Origin: Kiritimatiella glycovorans
Lineage (GTDB): Bacteria > Verrucomicrobiota > Kiritimatiellia > Kiritimatiellales > Kiritimatiellaceae
Assembly (NCBI RefSeq): GCF_001017655.1
Contig: NZ_CP010904.1
Coordinates: 1,710,001-1,742,000, forward strand
DNA: 32,000 nt
Reading direction: 5' to 3'
In this document: piece by piece, positions 27,615-32,000 of the stretch
Layout of the letters: each line of letters begins with the position of its first letter
Numbering within the stretch: position 1 is the first letter of the stretch
The notes under the pieces: generated by a model
The model's database searches: none
Seen by the model: the letters and a program-made list of their open reading frames with translations, nothing else
What the model was told of the DNA's origin: nothing
Made by a program: the position numbers and the translations under genes

Positions 27615-27657
27615 TCCTGAGTTCAACATGGGGACACCCGGGGGAATATCGTACTCG
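27615..27657 (+). repeat. conserved 43-nt core, copy 2 (TCCTGAGTTCAACATGGGGACACCCGGGGGAATATCGTACTCG)
   Basis: 42/43 identical to 4562-4604 in the same orientation. It is preceded by a GC hairpin (ccccgc 27571-27576 / gcgggg 27602-27607). Confidence 0.9.
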
Positions 27658-27757
27658 TACTCGTACTCAGCGAAGGGGTACTCGTACTCAAATTCCTTGA
27701 ATCGGGGGATGGGATCGCGCCTTCGGCGCTCCGAGTACGCGTACCGAGTACGAGTAC
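27651..27757 (+). repeat. inverted hexamer-repeat hairpin (GTACTC x5 facing GAGTAC x3 plus a partial copy)
   Basis: GTACTC occurs at 27651, 27657, 27663, 27678 and 27684. GAGTAC occurs at 27733, 27746 and 27752. Segment 27677-27689 pairs with 27733-27745 at 12/13 positions, and 27651-27668 can pair with 27746-27757 over 12 bp. The apical part contains a small GC stem with a CUUCG loop (27717-27729). Confidence 0.9.
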
Positions 27758-28132
27758 GGATTTCGTTCCCCCCCCCCTTCAACCCACCTTCATGCTCATC
27801 ATGTGAAGGTAGGGATTCTGCCGGACAGCAGAAGGCCGTCCGCAAAAGAGCGGCGCGCTTAGCCTGTCCGCCGAAGGCATAAAGGGCCGAAGGCGGAGAG
27901 ATCACGCCCTACCCGTAAATCGCAAAGATGAATGAGAAGAGCACAGGCAAAGAAATGGTGCGTTCTCTCTTCGTGGCGACCGCCGCAGGCGGGCGACGCG
28001 AAGGGTTCTGCAAGAGCCTCCTGCGTGAACTTTTTTCATTAGCTCATAAACTCAAATCGATATTCACGGGCGGGCCGGGCTGCCCTAAGATGCCGCGATG
28101 GATTGTGTACGGGTTAAACGAAGAGCCTTTGG

Positions 28133-29563
28133 ATGACGCAGAAAAAGCCGCCACAGGATAACTCCGGGCGTCTGCCGCGCAGCAGGAAATTCGCGTACGG
28201 CCTCGGCGGATTCTGCGAGTGCTTCCTCCAGAACAACTTCAACGTCATCGCCAACCCGGTACTCAATATCGGCCTCGGCGTGAGTCCCGCACTGGTCAGC
28301 ACGGCGATGACGATCCCGCGCATCTGGGACGCCTTCACCGACCCGGTGATGGGGTCGATTTCGGACAACTTCCGCTCCCGGCACGGCAGGCGGCGGCCGT
28401 TCATCCTCCTCGGCGGAATATTGACGGCGATCTCGTACGCCGCCATCTGGTGGTTCCCCCCCGGGCTCTCGGAGATGGGCTACTTCTTCTTCTTTCTCGG
28501 GATGCTGCTTCTTTTTTACACCTGCGTGACGATCTTCCTGGTGCCGTACATTGCGCTCGGGTTCGAACTGACGCCGGACTACAACGAGCGGACCCGCGTG
28601 ATGGGCTTCAAGGCGTTCTTTTCCGTCTCCGCCGGACTGGCGATGAACTGGATGTTCTGGCTGACCAAACGCCCCGTTTTCCCGGACATCGTCGAGGGCA
28701 TGAAATGGGTCGGGCTCGGATTCGGGGTCGTGATCCTGATCTGCGCGCTGACCCCGGCGGTATTCCTGCGCGAGCGCATCCTGACCGCCTCCGCGGCCGA
28801 ACACGGCGCCGGGCCGCCCAAGACGGGGATCGTGAAAAGCATCAAGGCGGCATTGAGCACGAAACCGTTCCTGCTGATCCTGCTCTGCTGCGTCAGCGTC
28901 ATCATCGGCGTCATGTCGATCATGCAGGTCGGTCTGTACCTGAATATCTATTACGTCTGCGCGGGCGACCAGGATTTCGCTTCGCAGCTGCAGGGGATTG
29001 TCGGCACCTGCTACCAGGCGGCCTCGATCGCCACCGTCCCGGCCGTCTCGTGGCTCGGGACCCATCTCGGTAAACGCCGCGCGCTCATGACGATTCTTTC
29101 TCTGGGGATCATCGGGAGCATCTCGACCTGGTTCATGCTCACCCCCGAGATGCCCTATCTGCAGATCGTGCCGCTGCTGTTCTCCGCCCCCGCGATCGGA
29201 GGTCTGTGGATCCTGGCTCCCTCGATGATCGCCGACGTCTGCGACTATGACGAGATGCACAGCCGCCGTCGGCGGGAGGGCATCTTCGGGGCGGCGTTCG
29301 GGTGGTTCACCAAACTGGGCAGCTCGGCGGCGATCCTCGCCTCCGGCTTCGCCCTCGTCTGGACCGGGTTCGACGTCTCGCTGGAGACGGGACAGATCCC
29401 GACCACCATCGTCAAAATGCGCCTGGCGAACGCCTTTATTCCCGCCTTCGCCTTCCTCATCGCGATCATCGCGATCCGCAAATATTTCATCACGGAGGAA
29501 ATGGCCAACGACATCCGCGCGAAACTGGGAAGAAACCATGAACAGAACCCGGAGACCGCCTGA
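28133..29563 (+). CDS. MFS transporter, glycoside-pentoside-hexuronide (GPH):cation symporter family
   Basis: FAYGLGG and DAFTDPVMGSISDNFRSRHGRRRPF (the GPH signature D..G...D..R...GRRRP), with about 12 hydrophobic spans. Confidence 0.88.
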   Translation: MTQKKPPQDNSGRLPRSRKFAYGLGGFCECFLQNNFNVIANPVLNIGLGVSPALVSTAMTIPRIWDAFTDPVMGSISDNFRSRHGRRRPFILLGGILTAISYAAIWWFPPGLSEMGYFFFFLGMLLLFYTCVTIFLVPYIALGFELTPDYNERTRVMGFKAFFSVSAGLAMNWMFWLTKRPVFPDIVEGMKWVGLGFGVVILICALTPAVFLRERILTASAAEHGAGPPKTGIVKSIKAALSTKPFLLILLCCVSVIIGVMSIMQVGLYLNIYYVCAGDQDFASQLQGIVGTCYQAASIATVPAVSWLGTHLGKRRALMTILSLGIIGSISTWFMLTPEMPYLQIVPLLFSAPAIGGLWILAPSMIADVCDYDEMHSRRRREGIFGAAFGWFTKLGSSAAILASGFALVWTGFDVSLETGQIPTTIVKMRLANAFIPAFAFLIAIIAIRKYFITEEMANDIRAKLGRNHEQNPETA

Positions 29564-29581
29564 CGAATCTTATAAAGCTCG

Positions 29582-30382
29582 ATGAACCCGATACCCTTCA
29601 ACCAGGCGTATTCGCTCGCGCTCTACCGTCCGGTCCTGGACGGTTTCACGCCGCCGGACGGCGAGCACGATCCCGGCCGGGATCACACCCTGACCTTCGG
29701 GATCTACGAGTTCATGGCCGCGCCAAAGCGCAGCGGGACCCTTACGATCCGGAGCGAGCGCGGGGCGAACGGAGTCGTCGTGCGCGTGGACTACGTCAAA
29801 AAGGCCCCCGGCGACTACGAAAACCTCCTCCACGCCGAGATCCACTGCGGCGGAGAGGGCTGGCCCGACCTGCGGCGCTGGAACGGCAAGTCGGAGATGC
29901 GCGGCCCCGACGGCCGGGTGCTGCCTTTGACGGAGTACGCCTTCGAGGGTCGGCGCGAATCCGCGGAGTGGGTGTTCAAGACCGGTAAGTCAGAACGACG
30001 CCTTCCACGCCTGCGTCCGGCGCTGCTCCCCTGGACCGCTTGGGCCGCCCTCGCCCGGATGAACTCTGATGAAGCGTTTTCGGCCCTCCACTGCGATTTT
30101 ATCGAGGACGGCGAACACCTTAAGCACGATCAGCGGCTCGACATCCACCGCACGGGGTCGATGGCGCTGGGCGGAAAACGCGCCTTCCTGTGGGAGGAGC
30201 GGGAACTGGACGCGGGCACGCTGCGCTCACCCTCCGAGGTGCGCGACGGCGGACGTGATCTGGAGGTAACCGCCTTCTGCCGCACGGGAGAAGGTTCCGT
30301 TCCGACGTTCTACTGGATCGCGAAACGCGAGGGGCCGCTCTTCATGACGGCCGGAACCCACGCCTGGATCAGGGAAACATGA
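29582..30382 (+). CDS. hypothetical protein (no recognisable motif), translationally coupled to the sulfatase
   Basis: It fills the gap between the transporter stop and the sulfatase start exactly, with an ATGA overlap at 30379-30382. Third codon positions are strongly G/C and the amino-acid composition is balanced (K, E, F, Y, W, D). I see no signal peptide. Confidence 0.6.
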   Translation: MNPIPFNQAYSLALYRPVLDGFTPPDGEHDPGRDHTLTFGIYEFMAAPKRSGTLTIRSERGANGVVVRVDYVKKAPGDYENLLHAEIHCGGEGWPDLRRWNGKSEMRGPDGRVLPLTEYAFEGRRESAEWVFKTGKSERRLPRLRPALLPWTAWAALARMNSDEAFSALHCDFIEDGEHLKHDQRLDIHRTGSMALGGKRAFLWEERELDAGTLRSPSEVRDGGRDLEVTAFCRTGEGSVPTFYWIAKREGPLFMTAGTHAWIRET

Positions 30383-31740
30383 ACACCACGACTGCATTGA
30401 ATCATCACGGTGCGGCGTTATCCCGCCGGGGCTTTCTCGCCGGAACGGGCGCGGCGGCCCTCGCGGCCGGAGCGGCCGGCGGGGCGCCCTCTTTTACGGG
30501 CACCCGCCGGGCCAATATCCTGCTGATCGTCTGCGATCAGCTCCGGCTCGACGCCATGTCCGCCTACGGGTGCACCGATGCGCGCACACCGAACCTCGAC
30601 CGCCTCGTTCAGGGTGGCTTGTCGTTCACGAATCATTGCTGCACCAATCCGGTCTGCGGCCCCAACCGCAGCACGATCTTCACCGGACGCATGACCTGCG
30701 AGACGGGCGTCATCCGCAACGGTCTTCCGATTCGAGACGGCATGCCGACCATGGGCGAGTGGTTCCGGCAGCAGGGCTACGAGACGATGTACTGCGGGAA
30801 ATGGCATCTGCCGGAACCCTATACGCACCGGATTCCCGGATTCGACGTCCTTCCCGTCGGCCACGGCGAGGGCGACCTCGTCGATCCCTTCGTCTCGCGT
30901 TCGGTATCGGCCTGGCTCAGGAACCGTCCCGTCCGCGCCAGCCAGCCCTTTCTGGTCGTGGCCGGCTTTCTACAGCCGCACGACATCTGCCACTGGAAAC
31001 TCAATGCGCGTCACTACATGAACGACCGCGTTCCGTTCGAGGGGCTGCGGGAGGCTATGCCGTCCCTGCCGCCCAACCTCCACCTCGTGCCTGAGATGCC
31101 GCGCCGGCTCGCGCAGCACAACCATCTCGAGGGGCTGACCGATCTCGACTGGACCCAGTACCGGCACGTCTATTTCCGCCAGGTGGAGATGCTCGACGCC
31201 GAAGTCGGGCGCCTGCTGGACGCGCTGGAGTCTTCCCCGCACGCGAAGGACACGATCGTCCTCTTCACCTCCGACCACGGCGAACACGCCGGCTGCCAGG
31301 AGAAGGTCACCAAGTGGACGCCCTTCGAGAGTTCGACGACCGTGCCGTATATCTGGTACGCGCCCGAACACCTGCCCGCCGGGGTCGTGGACCGCGAACA
31401 TCTCAGCTCGACGCTCGACCTGTTTCCAACCTTCTGCGGCGCGGCGGGGATCGCCCCGCCCGGCGGAGTCAACGGACAGAACCAGTTTCCCCTCGTGCAG
31501 GGCAACCCGATGGAATCGCGGGAGTTTGCGCCGGGCGAATTCCTGTTCGAAGGTCGCTACCTGCGGACGACGGAGTTCAAATACGCGCGCTACGGCGATG
31601 ACCCGGTCGAAATGCTCTTCGACCTGCGCAGTGATCCGCTGGAGACGAACAATCTCTACCGCGATCCGCAGTACGCCGAGACGCTGCGCGCACTGAGAAC
31701 CCTGCAGCAGGAATACGAAGCCGGACTGGACAAAGCATGA
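30379..31740 (+). CDS. Tat-exported sulfatase (S1 family, Cys-type)
   Basis: Twin-arginine signal SRRGFLAGTGAAALAAGAAG, NILLIVCDQLR metal-binding start, the CxPxR formylglycine motif VCGPNRSTIFTGR, and TSDHGE. Confidence 0.9.
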   Translation: MNTTTALNHHGAALSRRGFLAGTGAAALAAGAAGGAPSFTGTRRANILLIVCDQLRLDAMSAYGCTDARTPNLDRLVQGGLSFTNHCCTNPVCGPNRSTIFTGRMTCETGVIRNGLPIRDGMPTMGEWFRQQGYETMYCGKWHLPEPYTHRIPGFDVLPVGHGEGDLVDPFVSRSVSAWLRNRPVRASQPFLVVAGFLQPHDICHWKLNARHYMNDRVPFEGLREAMPSLPPNLHLVPEMPRRLAQHNHLEGLTDLDWTQYRHVYFRQVEMLDAEVGRLLDALESSPHAKDTIVLFTSDHGEHAGCQEKVTKWTPFESSTTVPYIWYAPEHLPAGVVDREHLSSTLDLFPTFCGAAGIAPPGGVNGQNQFPLVQGNPMESREFAPGEFLFEGRYLRTTEFKYARYGDDPVEMLFDLRSDPLETNNLYRDPQYAETLRALRTLQQEYEAGLDKA

Positions 31741-32000
31741 GTGCATGGTTCTTCATCACTCAGGCGTTCCTGGCGGTTTCGATCGCGGCGGGATCGCCGG
31801 TCGAGAACGGAAGTTTCGAGACCGACCGTTTCTCCCGGGCGCCGGGATATGCCGGCGGCGCCAACGGCGCCATGACAGGCTGGGAGACGGAGGGCCGCGC
31901 CGGCCTGAACCCGGTCGGCCGACAGCGGCCGTTCCACGACAACGGGCGGGTACCGCAGGGAAAACAGGTCGCCGTGATCCAGTCGGCCGGGGCGCTCCAT
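31737..32000 (+). CDS. secreted protein, N-terminal fragment (runs off window end)
   Basis: Not in the ORF track because it is open-ended. The ATG at 31737 overlaps the sulfatase stop (ATGA). Translation is MSAWFFITQAFLAVSIAAGSPVENGSFETDRFS...GWETEG...PQGKQVAVIQ: a signal peptide followed by an NGSFE...GW...Q.A.IQ pattern reminiscent of DUF642/CBM-like beta-sandwich N-termini. Confidence 0.5.
   Translation, partial: MSAWFFITQAFLAVSIAAGSPVENGSFETDRFSRAPGYAGGANGAMTGWETEGRAGLNPVGRQRPFHDNGRVPQGKQVAVIQSAGALH

Noticed and set aside
27820-27845. SRP (4.5S) RNA-like string ccggacagcagaaggcc
   Set aside because: It does not match the conserved GGUCCGGAAGGAAGCAGCC domain IV sequence or its helix context.
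27492-27905. 137-aa minus-strand ORF spanning the second core element
   Set aside because: Its EYEYEY/RTRTRY stretches are translations of the GTACTC/GAGTAC repeats. It has no credible start context and would run into the SDR promoter.
27928-28161. 77-aa ORF in the gap upstream of the GPH transporter
   Set aside because: It has no motif and lies in the lower-GC, promoter-like zone. It overlaps the transporter start out of frame and has no ribosome-binding site. It is more likely a 5' UTR or promoter.
1-32000. Search for tRNA, rRNA, tmRNA, RNase P, transposase, integrase, toxin-antitoxin or defence-system genes
   Set aside because: No T-loop or anticodon-arm patterns, rRNA signatures or mobile or defence protein motifs were found in any intergenic gap or ORF. 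This was visual scanning only, so small RNAs could have been missed.

Overview
GC-rich bacterial chromosomal window, annotated by eye from the sequence and ORF track. Most of it is a tightly packed housekeeping backbone, almost all on the minus strand, with many genes joined by 4-nt ATGA stop/start overlaps. In order: hom (edge fragment), ackA-pta, DUF4186 protein-pcnB, holB-tmk, cysS-clpX-clpP-tig, rho-coaE, mutM, a manC-like gene, trpA, coaX, nadC, an AI-2E permease and leuD-leuC. Next is a complete arginine-to-spermidine operon (speA, carboxy(nor)spermidine dehydrogenase, nspC, speB) preceded by an atypical SDR. The plus-strand end of the window holds a GPH-family transporter, an unknown 266-aa protein, a Tat-exported Cys-type sulfatase and the start of a secreted protein. 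The sulfatase cluster and GC content are compatible with a PVC-type glycan degrader, but that is a guess only. I saw no rRNA, tRNA, CRISPR array, transposase, integrase or phage genes. The main signal the gene list does not explain is three intergenic loci (about 4315-4809, 23363-23576 and 27569-27777). Each is built from locus-specific short tandem repeats arranged as long inverted arrays. Two of them also carry the same 43-nt core (42/43 identical, same orientation), a GC hairpin just upstream, and shared downstream TGAATC and CGGATTTCG motifs. I regard this core-plus-variable-hairpin family as the best candidate for something undescribed (small RNA gene, MITE/REP-like element or DNA-level signal). 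Secondary observations are a Q/N- and RGG-rich N-terminal extension on Rho, the uncharacterised gene coupled to the sulfatase, an SDR lacking the canonical catalytic Tyr, and operator-like repeats in two promoter regions. All start-codon choices, promoters and hairpins are manual calls with no database search or folding program.
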